From Yuukianura sp. NJ FZ-2021 (lineage: Eukaryota): a DNA stretch of 64,000 nucleotides. The notes under the pieces are model-generated. The model worked only from the letters and a program-made list of their open reading frames with translations. It had not been told where the DNA came from and did no database searches. The position numbers were made by a program, and so were the translations under genes. Positions 36,913 through 48,957 of the stretch are shown one piece after another. The stretch covers positions 7,068,001-7,132,000 of the forward strand of contig CM102285.1 of NCBI GenBank assembly GCA_046563655.1. The letters are read 5' to 3'. Every line of letters begins with the position of its first letter. The first letter of the stretch is position 1.

Positions 36913-38227
36913 ATGGAGGTTAATGTGCCAGTGAATTCGAAATTGGTCAATACAAGTGCGAAATTTGACCTATTTTCAAAACCAACTACGGATGTGTCGT
37001 CCATTTTGGGCAATTATTTAGTAGTGAAACCATTTTCACCATCGACAGACGGCAATCCAATCTACTTTCGAGTGGAACAACCAGCACATGGTTACTTGGA
37101 CCTGAGCGATTCTTTTTTAAACCTAGTGTTTTCAATTAAAAAAAGTGATGGAACTCTGCTCACCGATGCAGACAAAATTGCTCCAGAAAATTTATTTTTT
37201 CATGCGTTCATTGAGGATTTCAAAGTTTTGGTCAACAATTGCCAAATAATTGCTCAAGGATACCGAGCATACTCGTATGAAGCCTGGATGCTCACTCAAC
37301 TTTTTAACGGCATTGGAACCAAATGCAGCACACTGTCAAAAGTGGGCTACTACGCCGGAGATGTCATGGACAACTACGACGACACAAACCCGAGTTACAA
37401 GGCACGATTAAACTTGGCAAAAAATAGTAAAACGTTTGAAATGATTGGGCGTCCGTTGCTCGGCATATTTACGACAAAAAAAGTTATTCCCGCACAACAC
37501 TCAATTCAATTTGGAAATTAAAAAGAGCGATGCATCCCTTTGCTTGCGAGGTCCGGCAACAACCACCAAATACAAAATTACAGTCGAATCGGCCGAGTAT
37601 TATATTCGCCAAGTGAATCCCAGCGAAAAAGTAGTGACTCAGATCCGCCAAGGGTTTGCCAAAAATAAAGTGGCCAACTATTCGTACGATCAGGCCCACA
37701 TGTGTTTACAATATGTGTCGGCAAATCTCAGTTCGGTTGATTTGTCAAATGCCTACCAAAGTGTCAACCACCCAAAACTTCTTTTAGTTGGCATTTTGGA
37801 ACGAAAAGTTTACGAAGGAAGAAAAGTTGAAAAGTCACCATTCAACTTTCAACCTCAGGGTGTTAGCCGTATGTTGCTAAAATTTGAGCAAAAACCCTTG
37901 GTCTATCAAGAAATGACTTTCAAAGACAAACATTACATGCTCGCCTATCACAATTTGTGCAAGTTGGTTTCTCGCCAGTCTGGAGGAAATGACATTTCCT
38001 ACGACAAGTTTGTAAATGGAAATGCAATTTTTGCATTTGACGTCCAGGATTTGTGGTCTGACGGGTATAGTGCTAGCAGATCTGGACAATATGGATTGGA
38101 AATTGATTTTGAAAGCCCAGCGGCAAAGGATTTGGTGGTTCTCGTCGTCGGCATCGAAGACGAAACTTTACAAATTGATGCAAATGGAATTACTGGACTT
38201 GCTTCAAACAAAAAAATATTCTTTTAA
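36913..38227 (+). CDS. Polinton/adintovirus-like major capsid protein (double jelly-roll), ~437 aa, split by a +1 frameshift at ~37474-37512
   Basis: FDLFSKPTTDVS..G......P......PIYF.......YLDLSDSFL......KSDGT; N.FFHAF; YSYEAW; FEMIGR; PK.LLVG; Y.G....SPFNFQ; AY..L; DISY..F..G..IFAFD; LEIDF fit the recalled Polinton MCP pattern; ORFs 36853-37521 and 37445-38227 overlap. Confidence 0.8.
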
Positions 38228-38741
38228 AAATAAGTTTATTTTATAATCTTCATTAGCCCTGTCTCAAGTCTTTTTTTGTTGTAAATTTTTCACAATTTGA
38301 AAAATAAACTAATCTCCACATCGAAATAAAAAAATTTTGTGTCTTTTATAAATAAAAGTAGAAAAAAAAGAAAAAAAAAACCAAAAATCAAAAATTCAAA
38401 AAAAAACAAAAAAAAAAGGACAAAAAAGAAACGAAAACTGCAGTCGTGTTTTTGGTTTTCTGTCAAGTTGTTGGTATTGACACGTTGCCGGTTATGTTTT
38501 ATACGGTTGTTCAAGGTCAGGTTCATGCCGTACGCTTTTCTGTAAAGATGTTTCCGTAATTTAATTTGACAAAGTTAGCGTAAGTAGCGTAGTAAGCGTA
38601 AGCTTGCGGGCATGCCAGTGACAAACGCCAAGCATGCGTATATATTGTTCCGTAAACGCATGAGCTACATAAAAATTACTTGGGCGCAGATTGGATCGAA
38701 CTCATGGCCACTACCATCAGATCTAATTCAAGTGGAGGCGC

Positions 38742-39839
38742 TAACCAGTCCGCCCGGGCGACTTGTCTGAGTTTAAGCAGGAAATGACAACACTATGGCT
38801 TGAGGGCGGGCCCAATGTGTGGCAATGGCAAGTTTTGTCGACCAATCAAATGTCTCCATTTTCCGAGGCGACGCCCCCGATTGAAGTGGTAAACGTTCAT
38901 TTGCCAGAGCTATCACGCCCCCAGTGTTGCGGCAAGTCTCGACCAATGAAATGTCTCCATTTCCTCGAGCCACGCCCACTTTTGAAATTCTCAACGTTGA
39001 TTGGCTCAAGAGTTGGGCGGCTAGCCACGCCCCCGAGCCTGGTGACAATTCTATTTGACCGTTGACCTTGATGTTTTTAGCAAACACGAGTGAAAATTGA
39101 AATGGAGTTGTACGTGCATATGCACGGGCAAGTTGGCCGGAAGTGGTTTGCGGTTTCTTTGGGCAGGCTAACCGGAAGTGGTTTGCGGCTTGTTTTGGCA
39201 GTGGCCGAGTGGCATCCAACTAATGCTCTGACCAGCCGAAAATATTGCCCATGCACCATACTTGATCCTCTAGGTCCCGGGATCCCAGAAAAAGACTCCC
39301 GGGACTTGACAATTTCAAAATGCTCGCTTGACCTTGAGAAAAAAGGTGAAATGACTTTGAACAATTTACATGAAATTGCAAATGGGCGCGCATGACCTGA
39401 CGCAAATCCATATGCCAATGCAAAGGGCACGCGTGACCTTGAAAAAAAATTGGAGTGACCTTGAAAAAATGTGCGTGACCTTGACATTTAAAGTTGGGGT
39501 AATCTGGGGAAATTTACTTTTTGTTTTTTAGAAATTTGAACTTTTAATTTAATTTTTTTTTCAATTTTAAAATTTCAAAAAATTATGTTTTTTTCAAAAT
39601 TTCAAAAAAATCTATTGTTGTCAAATTTACATTGTTGCCAAATTTCAATTGTTGTAATGGGGGCGGTGGGACGTGGGAGGAGGGGGGGGGCGGATATAGG
39701 GGGGAGGGATATATAGTGGGGTGGGGGGTGCGGGGTGCGGAAGTGGGGGCGGGGTGATGACGTCATCAAAAAAACGTTTTTGCGCAGACGCGGCGGCCAT
39801 TTTGAAAAAACGGGCATTCCCCTACCACTCAGTATAGCT
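38742..39839 (-). repeat. Right TIR of the Polinton-like element
   Basis: Reverse complement of 33752-34870. Confidence 0.95.
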
Positions 39840-40524
39840 GGTAAGGACTTTACAGCCCCACTCTGTACTAACCTAAGTACCTCTTAAATTCACTACATAA
39901 TAACAAATATTGTGGACGTGGTTAATATCCGAATTAAAAGTGAGCGTACCCGATCATAAAAGTAGATTATTACTTGAATGTTTGCAGCAGTTTGCATTCA
40001 ACTTCGTGCTTTTCTCGTACATTGAAGCAAAATTAGCATTGTCAAGTGTTTTATCAGATTATTTATCAAAAAATCAACCAACGGATTCATGAGATCTTTG
40101 TGTTTGCAATACGTTTTAGCTCTAGATCCTGATTACATGAAATGAAAAAGTACATGAGTTTTGCGAACAAAAGCTTGTTGGATATTCTGTATTTTGGTTA
40201 TCTTTTTAGGTAACAACTATTTTTCTAATCAATTTAACGCAACAGAAAAATGGAACTTTCTTTAAACGTTTTCAGTAGTGACGCTGGGTTCTCATCACTG
40301 AACGGCGTTACATTGCGCTACTGGTTGAAGTAAAATTGTTGCCATCGCATAGGTACAATTTGTACCCACCACGAGCAAAAAATTTGAAGTAACGTTTCGG
40401 AACATTGGTTCTGTAATCGAGCCAACTTCATAATATGCGGTTTAGTGTGTTCTGGTCAGCAACTGTGTACACCTTTAATCCCGCACCTATACCGTTGGAA
40501 GATTAAGTCAAACAGCCAATAAAA

Positions 40525-42216
40525 ATGAGACCGGAATTGGGATACTCGAGTTATTATAACGATTACGTGGCACTAGAAGATGAAGAGGAAAACGATGTTG
40601 CAACCGAAAATCGAAGGATCCTTGAACAGCGTCAAAAACGGCTGGAGGAACGCCGTTACTTGGAACGAATTTCTGAGCTTATGGGGACGACATCCTATTT
40701 ACTCAAAACATATGCCGGGCTTAAGTTGTGGGAAGATGGACCAAACTACCAGAAAGTCGTAAAATATGTCAACAATAGTCAATGTCATTCTAAGGTCAGT
40801 CTTAAAGTCGTGCACATTCATCGTGTTTGGAGACGAGAGGATGTGAAAGGACTGTTTGATATACCAAATCGAATGCTCCTTTGGCATGGAACCAAACGTG
40901 AAAATATACCGAACATTCTGAATACTGGATTCATCTTACCAGTGTCAACTGGACAAATGTTTGGACCAGGGATATATTTTGCTGATCGAATTACGAAGTC
41001 GAGCAACTACAGCGATACCCAAAATGCATTCCTGCTTCTTTGTGAGGTTACAGTAGATATATTTATATTTGAATTAATATATTTTTTATGAAGTTAATTA
41101 TTTATATATGTCAATTCGACCAAACTATACATTTAGGTAGGACTAGGAAAGATGTATTCCTGTGCAGAAGCCCACAATGACTGGACAGGCCCGCCGGAAG
41201 GATTTGACAGCGTCAAAGGGAATGGCACGTATGTTCCGGATTGGACTGACAACGGACGATTCATGGGATGCTTGATACCGTATGGAAGAACTGCCAAATG
41301 TACTAAATACCCGTCCCACGCTGTCAAATTCAATGAGTTTATTGTTTTCGATCCGGAACGGATTGTCATCCGCTTTCTGGTGGAAGTCGAGGTCACTTAT
41401 CTCTCAAATCCTAGACCAACTGTGCTTGTAACTCCAAAAAGCCACATTAAACCTCGTGTGAATTCACGTCCAAGGTCAACCGTACAAGCTAATTCATATG
41501 GATCGAATCTTGCAATGGCTGCAAATCGTGCTCTACTGAAAACTGTTACTACACAAGCACAACCATCAAATTCATTGCCTTTACCTGTGATTCGTTCGAC
41601 TAGTGCAACAACAGTAGCATTACCCGTAGCGAAGACAGGAAAAACTAGGTCAACTGCATCCACTCAAACACGACAATCAATTCCCATTGAACGTAATTCC
41701 AAGATTCCGCCTTATTTCTACGTCAGTTTTCCTAAGGCGGTGAATGCAGTTACACAACAATCAAGTCCCAGTGGACATAACTCAAAGTTGCCGCCTTATT
41801 TCTACGTCAGTTTTCCTAAAGCGGTAAATGCAGTTAGACGACAATCAAGGTCCCTTGGACATAACTCAAAGTTGCCGCCTTATTTCTACGTCAGCTTTCC
41901 TACAGCGGTAAATTCAGTTGGACAACAATCAAGTTTTATTGGACAGAATTCAAAAATGTCTCCCTATTCCTACACCAGTCCTCCTACTGGCGTGAGTGTT
42001 GTTCAACAGCAATCAAGTTCCAATGTATATAATGCAAAGATGCCGCTTTATTCCTACGCAAGTTCTCCTACAACCGTGAAAGCAGTTATAGCTTCATCCC
42101 AAAATCCAACAAAGTTTCAAAATTGCGAACAGGTTGAAGCCAAAAACCCCACGTCCGGTCTTCTTTTTTTTCTGTCTATTCTTGCTCTCACTGTTGTTCT
42201 TCGTAATATTTACTAA
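40525..42216 (+). CDS. PARP/ARTD catalytic-domain protein with 28-aa repeats and C-terminal hydrophobic anchor, 2 exons (40525-41046, 41137-42216), ~533 aa
   Basis: LLWHGT, GQMFGPGIYFAD..TKSSNY, LLLCEV|GLG, DSVKGNG, FNEFIVF give a PARP1-type H-Y-E triad; phase-0 GT-AG intron; ends GLLFFLSILALTVVLRNIY. Confidence 0.88.
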
Positions 42217-44170
42217 GTAATACATTGAAAATGTACACAATAAAAAAGTATGAACCAGTTGAGAGCTGAGGTTTGCACAATACGTGGCTTCCACGCACTG
42301 GAAAAAAATACAAAAGGTGAAACAAATGAAAATATTGCAAAGTCCAATAAAACAAGATATTATTTATGTGTGTTATTATTAAAATAATGCTAGTTTAGAA
42401 TTACTAAGTATTGAAGTTTACCGAGTAGAATAAAGTAAAATTCATTGTATTCTGAATTTCAACTGAAAATATTACATGACTATGTTGTTATCAAGAATTT
42501 AATTAAGTTACTGTGTCTTTAAAGGGTAGCTTACGATGATCAATTTAATTACAACTTGCAATTGTCGCCTGGCGCAATGTAATCCTCTGCGCCTTTCTGT
42601 TTTTTTCGCTTCGGGTTCAAGTCTCTGTTCCGCAATAAAGTAAATTTCAATCACAATCACCACTTTCGCCTTGATCTGTCAGGGTTTATTTTTCAGTTCT
42701 TGCCTTCAATGGAAAAATGTTGTGTCGTGTGCATTACATTTTGCTGTTTTGACGTTTTGATCAAAAAACGATGCATCAGATATTTACCAAACACAAAAGA
42801 ATTTTAAGTGGGGCAGTAACACTTTTCTCGAAAATCCGACAGGAGAATCATCTCTCTATAGGATCCTTCACAATGTTGTTGTACTAAAATTCTGTATGTA
42901 ACTGCAGAATTGAAAGCTGCATGTAATCATCACCTTTAGAAAAGTAAGATTTGATCCTTTATTCCCCCAGCCTAATCTAAACGTTTTCAGTCGTGTTTAA
43001 ATATCAAGTTTAAAACTGATAGCTTACATCACGTGGTGAAAATGCTGAGCTTTCATTCTCGAAATTTCAGCAGTTACAATCTGTTTGTTGTTTTCGGACT
43101 ACGTAGATATAAAACTTCTGCTTCAAGCTATTTTTGGATTTCCGCGGGATTTCATAGCCAGGAGAAAACGAAGTTTTCGTTTCATCTAAGAAAATGTGTT
43201 GTTCATCTTAAAGTGTTCCCATTTTGGGAACACTTTCAATTGGCTTCTTATTCCCGTGTCTGTAACGTGTAATTCAGGATTTATGTTTATAAATTCCTGC
43301 CATCAATTTTAGTGTAAACAGAAACGGTGGTGTTGGCAGTGTAAAACTAAAAAAATAATGTTTTTTTACCATTTAAAAACTCAGTTTGGGTTCCAAGTTT
43401 TGTAGGTTTTATGGCCCCCATGGCTATTGTTTTGCTTTCGGAGCGTCCTGTCGTGATTTATCAAAAGTCAAACTTGGCCAAATAGCACCGCAAGGAAGGG
43501 GAACGAGCTTTATCGGGATGCTACAGGAAAGTGAAGTGGGTTTTAAAATCAGTGTACAAACTACAAAGTGCTCCATTTCCTTCGTGTACTACTCATCGTC
43601 CTTTTTTCTACTTTTTGCAAATTGACAAACTAGAATTTGAGTTCCGTAGTGCTAAAGCATAAGGATGCCACTGAAAGAGGACAGATAAGAGCTAGACAAG
43701 GCAAGGTTACGTGATTTGTAATTCTGCAATATCAGGAATCCTACTTGCCCCTGTCATCATAATTTCCTGTTAAATTCTAAGTTAGTTGTTCATAGTGTTG
43801 CATCTTCTTTAATTACTACAACTATTGAGGGCGAAGTATGTGTCATTCAACTACAAAACTTTTGTTGTTGTTTCAGTGTGACTTTTGACTTTTGTTGATT
43901 CATAACTATTCTAAGTTCAGAGACCAAGTGAACAAGTTATTTATTCTGCTCGTTTTAGCCTAGTTCTGTGGTTAAGCTAACACGGAAAAGCTTCCGCTAA
44001 AATTGTCGGTGAGAAAGTTCCTGCGTTATTTTTATTTATAAAGTATTTGTTCAATTCATACTTTGACTACCACAACGCACTTCGGTAAACCCAACCAAAG
44101 CTTTAGTATTCTATTTCATCACGACAGTTCACAGTTAGTTGTTGACTGACAAAATTCCGATTTTGAAAAA

Positions 44171-47100
44171 ATGAAAACTTCAAGGAGCTGGAGGCACGGT
44201 CTAAAAATTTTGTGTGCAGTGATTTTCATATTCGACTTTGACGTGATTGAGGCTCAAATTAGTTTTGGTGAAAATGAGAGTGGAAGGGGTTTGAGGCCCG
44301 GAAAGCAGAATGATGTTGTACTACATACGTGCTGTGACCTCGGCATTGACCCGAATCGGCGGGAGTGTCCAAGTATATTACAACCACTGGGGGAACTTCA
44401 GCGTCTCAAAGAATGGGATATTCCAGGCCATGTGACCTTGGACCAAACGAGCATGAGGGTTGGGTACGCAAAGATTGATTATTACCAGAGATGTCAAAAA
44501 TATTTTTTATCAATATTTTAAATGATTTCAATATTTCGGCCTTTTTAGTGAATACAAAATATTTACTTTTTAGTAAATATTTACATCAATATTTCACCGA
44601 TTTCAAGAAATATTCACTAGAAAATCGGAATTGGAGCGAAAATAACGTTTAAAATGGTCAAAAAGAAAAAAAAATCTTTAGTTTTTGTTGATCGCCGATG
44701 CTGGTAATATCGTTTTTCTCTTTTTCGTGATCATTTTTTTTTCAAATTCGGTCTCGTTTTGCGTCTAAATTGAATTAGTCGGCGATACAGATACTAAAAC
44801 AGTACCAAACTCTGTAAGAATTACTACAGCCGTCTATCAGCATATAGCGTTTAAAATACGAGAGATCCAAATTAAATTACCATGAATTAAGACTTGTTGC
44901 TAGAGTTACTTACATGATCGGCTAATGTATAAAGTAAAAATTTTACAAACTAAATTTTACACAATGAGGTCTACCTTAATAAGGTTACTTTTGATTCGGG
45001 AGTTTCTGCTGTAATTCCACAGCTAACAAAACAATTGAAAAACTATATTTCTTCATAATCTGACACTCATACTTGTTCAAGGTTATGTTTTATTCCAATG
45101 TTACATTGTGGCAGAGTCCATCAGTACGTATTATTAGCAAATATAAGTAAATATTTTCATCAATATTTGAGCAGTTTTTAGTAAATAAATAAATAAATAT
45201 TCCGGCCTTTTATAGAAAATATTTTTGACATCTCTGATTATTACACAAGCCTGTTTTCATTTTGATTTTAATTTTATTATTAAGTTAAACAATTTTTGTT
45301 TGTACAAGAGTATGTTTATATTATGTTTATCAAATCCATAAATGCACTGTTGTATTTAATATTTCTATAGTTTAGTAAAGCATCGGCCATCTTGTGGAGA
45401 TCCGCCGCCTCAACAGTTTCAATTGGACACAGGAAATGCACCGCCGCAAATCCAATTTCAACCGGACGGCTACCTCATGATTGAAAATCGAACACTTGCT
45501 GACTACGTACACCCAGAATATTACTGCATTGAAGGGTAACAATTCTCTGACCAATTTTACCGCCAGCTAGAATTTCGAATTATGTATACATATCAATTTA
45601 TTTATTTTTTACAGAATAAGTTCCACTCAAATAAGCATTCGCATTTGCAAGGCAAAATGTACAAAAGAAGAACCATGTGTTCGTAAATGCTGTCCAAGGC
45701 ACCAGGTTTTTGATTTACATCTAGAACGCCAGAGATGTGTAACTCAACTTCCTCCGAATAGCCTCTGGACTCCAAAATTATACGCCAACCCATCGAACCC
45801 TAGCAGTGAAATTAATTTAGATGCCAATCCCGCCATAAAGCCCCGGATACAAGTTAGACCTCCACCAGTATTTCAACACAATTGTGGGGAAACGCCTGAA
45901 GGTCAACCGATTTTACTACACATGCAATATTCCTTGCACTTGAATTTAACCCCACCAGAGTATGAAACAGACCCTTTCAAGTAAGATTAAATTTAACAAT
46001 TGAATTTCAAATTAAAGTTAACTTTTAAATCATTTTATATATGTATAACTTTTGGTTCCAAACAGAAAAAATTGCCGAATCTTTTTTTTTCCTTTAGTGC
46101 GCGTCTTGGGCCGAATGGAAAACTGTATTATCGAAACGAGCGCCGGCAGTGGGAGGCGCTTCCGGACAATGAATATTGCTCTGACGGGTTAACGAAATCG
46201 GAAGACGAATCTCATGTTTATAGAGACACAATGGATGAAACGCTTTATTTTACGTGTGGAATGCCTCAGGAAGAGGCAAGAACAACCGCTAGAACTAAAA
46301 TTTTCAGTCCTAAAAATAATTTCATAATATCATAAAATCATTTTTGTCTTTAGGAACAACAAGCTTCAGAATACTACGCAGCATTGTCCATCGCTTGTTC
46401 CATGTTCGCCTTAATCACGGTCTTGGTGTATTTCCTACTCTTAGAGAAGCAAAACATTCATGGATGGACGACCATGTCTCATTCCACTGCCGTATTTTGC
46501 TTGTTCATTTTGTTAGGAGTTGCGCATCTGACGAAGGAACACGATTACCTCCGACAAACTGCAGTTTGCCAATTTGTGGGAATGTTTGCTCACTACTTTT
46601 GGATGGCTGTTTTCTGCTGGTGAACACAAAAGTTTTGAAAAGGATAATTAAAATAGAAAATTTTGGCTTTGAATGTCTTTCATCTCGTCGTTTTCGAGTT
46701 GCTTATGGGAAATAATTCCGATTTTTCTGCTCTATTTCAGGTTGTTAATTCTTAGCTTTGATCTTTGGATTACTTTTCGATCCCTATCCATTTCCGGTAA
46801 CAGAAGTGGATGTCGTCGCTTTTTGCTGTATTCACTCTTTGGCTGGGGGTTTCCAGCACTGTTCGTGTTTGGATTTGCATGGCCAATGGACCAAAAATTC
46901 GGGTAACTATTATTTTAGAAAAAGTTTAATTTTTTTTGTTTCCTTTTCCCTTCAAACGCCAAACTTCATGAATTTCAGACCCGATGAAAATACTGAAGTT
47001 GTGGTACCCATGTACGGACGTAAGTGTTTTTTAGAAAAAGCCTTCAGATACATAAAATTAAGATTCTGGTTCATGTTAGTTTGACATGTGATTTTGTACA

Positions 47101-47835
47101 GATTCATTCTGTTATATCACGAGATACGCCCTGTGGGAATACCTGTACATACCGAGTGCAATTTTGTTTGCATTAAACATGATGTTCTTCATGCTCACGG
47201 CATGGACGCTCCATCGCTACCAGCAAAGCACTAAGATGGCTACCAAAAATATGCAAAAGAACAGACAATCGTGAGTTTAAGAGTTTCTAGAATTGAGTGA
47301 AATTATTCTTGTGCTATTTGGTTCCAGATTTATGCTCTTTGTCAAGTTATTTTTGGTCGCTGGAATGCTTTGGATGATTGAGCTCATCAGTTGTAAGTCC
47401 TCCATTTACTCTTTCGTTTGAAATCGAAACATGAATGTCATGTTTTTTCTTTCTAGTTTTGGTCAGTGGAGCTCATGTTCCGTGGTACGTCCAAGTCGCG
47501 GACACCCTCAATGTCCTCCAGCCAGTTTTCATTTTTATCATCTTTGTTCTCAAATGGGAAATTATAAATGCATTACACGAAAAATACGTTTGGATAAGAC
47601 GTAAGCCTTTTTCACAGACTGGCTGCGCACGTTACGTAACCTTGACATTTTTTTCTACTTTGCAGCTATTGTGTACCCCGCCAGGGTTTTACTTAAGCGT
47701 TTTCGGAGAAGAAGCACTAATAGTCGTCCTGCCGCCAGCCAAGTCGAATCGACAGCCCTAAATTCGAGGACGAATGAAACGGATTTTTCTAGGGTCAGTT
47801 CAGATAATTCAGTCGTAGCGAATTCTGCGTTTTAA
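44171..47835 (+). CDS. Methuselah-like GPCR (secretin-like/B3), multi-exon
   Basis: Signal peptide, Cys-rich ectodomain (YCIEG, CVRKCCP, NEYCSDG), 7TM exons (LITVLVY..L.EKQNIHG, HYFWMAVFCW, FDLWITFR, FLLYSLFGWGFP, LFVKLF, NVLQPVFIFIIFV), stop at 47833-47835. Confidence 0.88.
44486..45236. mobile_element. hAT-like non-autonomous element in intron 1 of the GPCR gene
   Basis: TIR CAGAGATGTCAAAAATATTTT; 8-bp TSD ATTATTAC; empty site at ~29080 in the duplicate copy. Confidence 0.9.
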
Positions 47836-48957
47836 AAAAATGTGTCGCCTTTGAAGATCCGAGCCAAATCTGAGTCATTGCATAGTTAAAATATCTCATA
47901 CTGCAACAAATGCTTGTTCGAAACTGTCGAACAAATTGTGGAACTTCAGTTTGCTTTTACAAGAATTTCATTGCTTCTGTATTCTGTTTTCTAAAACGAA
48001 AATAAACTCCAAAAGGAAAGAATTACAAGAAATATGACAGATCATTAGAGGAAGCCACAAGCTTGGACAAGAAATTCTGTTCCTTGTTGAAATGCTTGAG
48101 TCATGAAATTTATTTTATTGCATTGAGTCATCGGTCAAGGTCAACCAGGTTTATTCCGGGTAACCTAGAGAATAACCTAGGCAAAAGTTTGACTCAACGC
48201 CATAAACACAGAAACAACCGCCATGCGTACTACAATGTAACCAAGATGACCTCCGGGCCCCATGTCTACTTTTCCCTTTCCTTAGGTTAGGTTACCTACT
48301 GTCGGAGACCAAGATGCGGTAAATGAGCAAATTATAAAGAGTCGTCGGAATTTTCTTATAAGTATTAACTAATCGGAAGTTGCATTCCGAGTTTCCAAGA
48401 TTGTCCGATAAAAGTAATACGCAGATAATCTTCTGGAAGGCACACAAGGGAGAGACTTAAGCTTCGATCTGAAGCTTACGCTGCTTGAAGAAGAATATTC
48501 TTACATAGATTTTTCATAAATAATAGTTACTTGGTTTTTGCGTTTTACACAATTGCGAAAAAGTTTTCTTTTTTGAAAAATGAATTCCCTAATAACTAAT
48601 GTGCTCAATAAACTAAAGGCAATTTTTATGTAATTCATTTGTCAAAAACTTGATTTTATTTATAATTTTATATTTAATTGATACTACGTTTGCTGACAAC
48701 TTTACGTACTGTAAGTACTAAAAACAATTTTTGTAATAAGTTTTAAAGAGGACGGATTGCATTATACAGTAAGGGGGTGAAGAAATCGGGCGTCAATGGC
48801 GGTAAATTTTAATTGAAAAATGTTTTGAGCTTATCAAAGGAAGTGAGAACTGTGAATTTAAACAAAAGTTATCTGAAAATGTTATAAAATGTAGGAAGGT
48901 ATTGTCAGTTTAGATAAAGTTGGATGGCATTAGCTACGTCGTACGTCTTTTCAACTT

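Larger units (their letters stand above)
33752..39839 (+). mobile_element. Polinton/Maverick-type element, 6088 bp, encoding only virion-structural genes
   Basis: Ends AGCTATACTGAGTGGTAGGGG...CCCCTACCACTCAGTATAGCT; 6-bp TSD GGTAAG (33746-33751, 39840-39845); ~1.1-kb TIRs; penton-like and MCP-like ORFs inside. Confidence 0.88.
32870..39875. repeat. Non-autonomous repeat (Helitron/Helentron-like) whose terminal hairpin is split by the Polinton-like element
   Basis: (GACA)n-like tract ~33613-33632; IR tgtaaagtccttaccc (33666-33681) pairs with gggtaag|gactttaca once 33752-39845 is removed; left boundary uncertain. Confidence 0.45.
30196..46325. repeat. Tandem segmental duplication, copy 2
   Basis: Collinear with 9330-30175 but with different insertions (piggyBac MITE, hAT fragment, Polinton-like element, hAT MITE). 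Confidence 0.85.

Noticed and set aside
37476..37483. AAAAAAAG as a programmed -1 frameshift site in the MCP gene
   Set aside because: The downstream ORF is in the +1 frame, so a -1 slip would not join the two halves.
38290..38545. Lys-rich or Phe-rich ORFs after the MCP gene
   Set aside because: Products of A-tracts in the probable 3' UTR/polyadenylation region.
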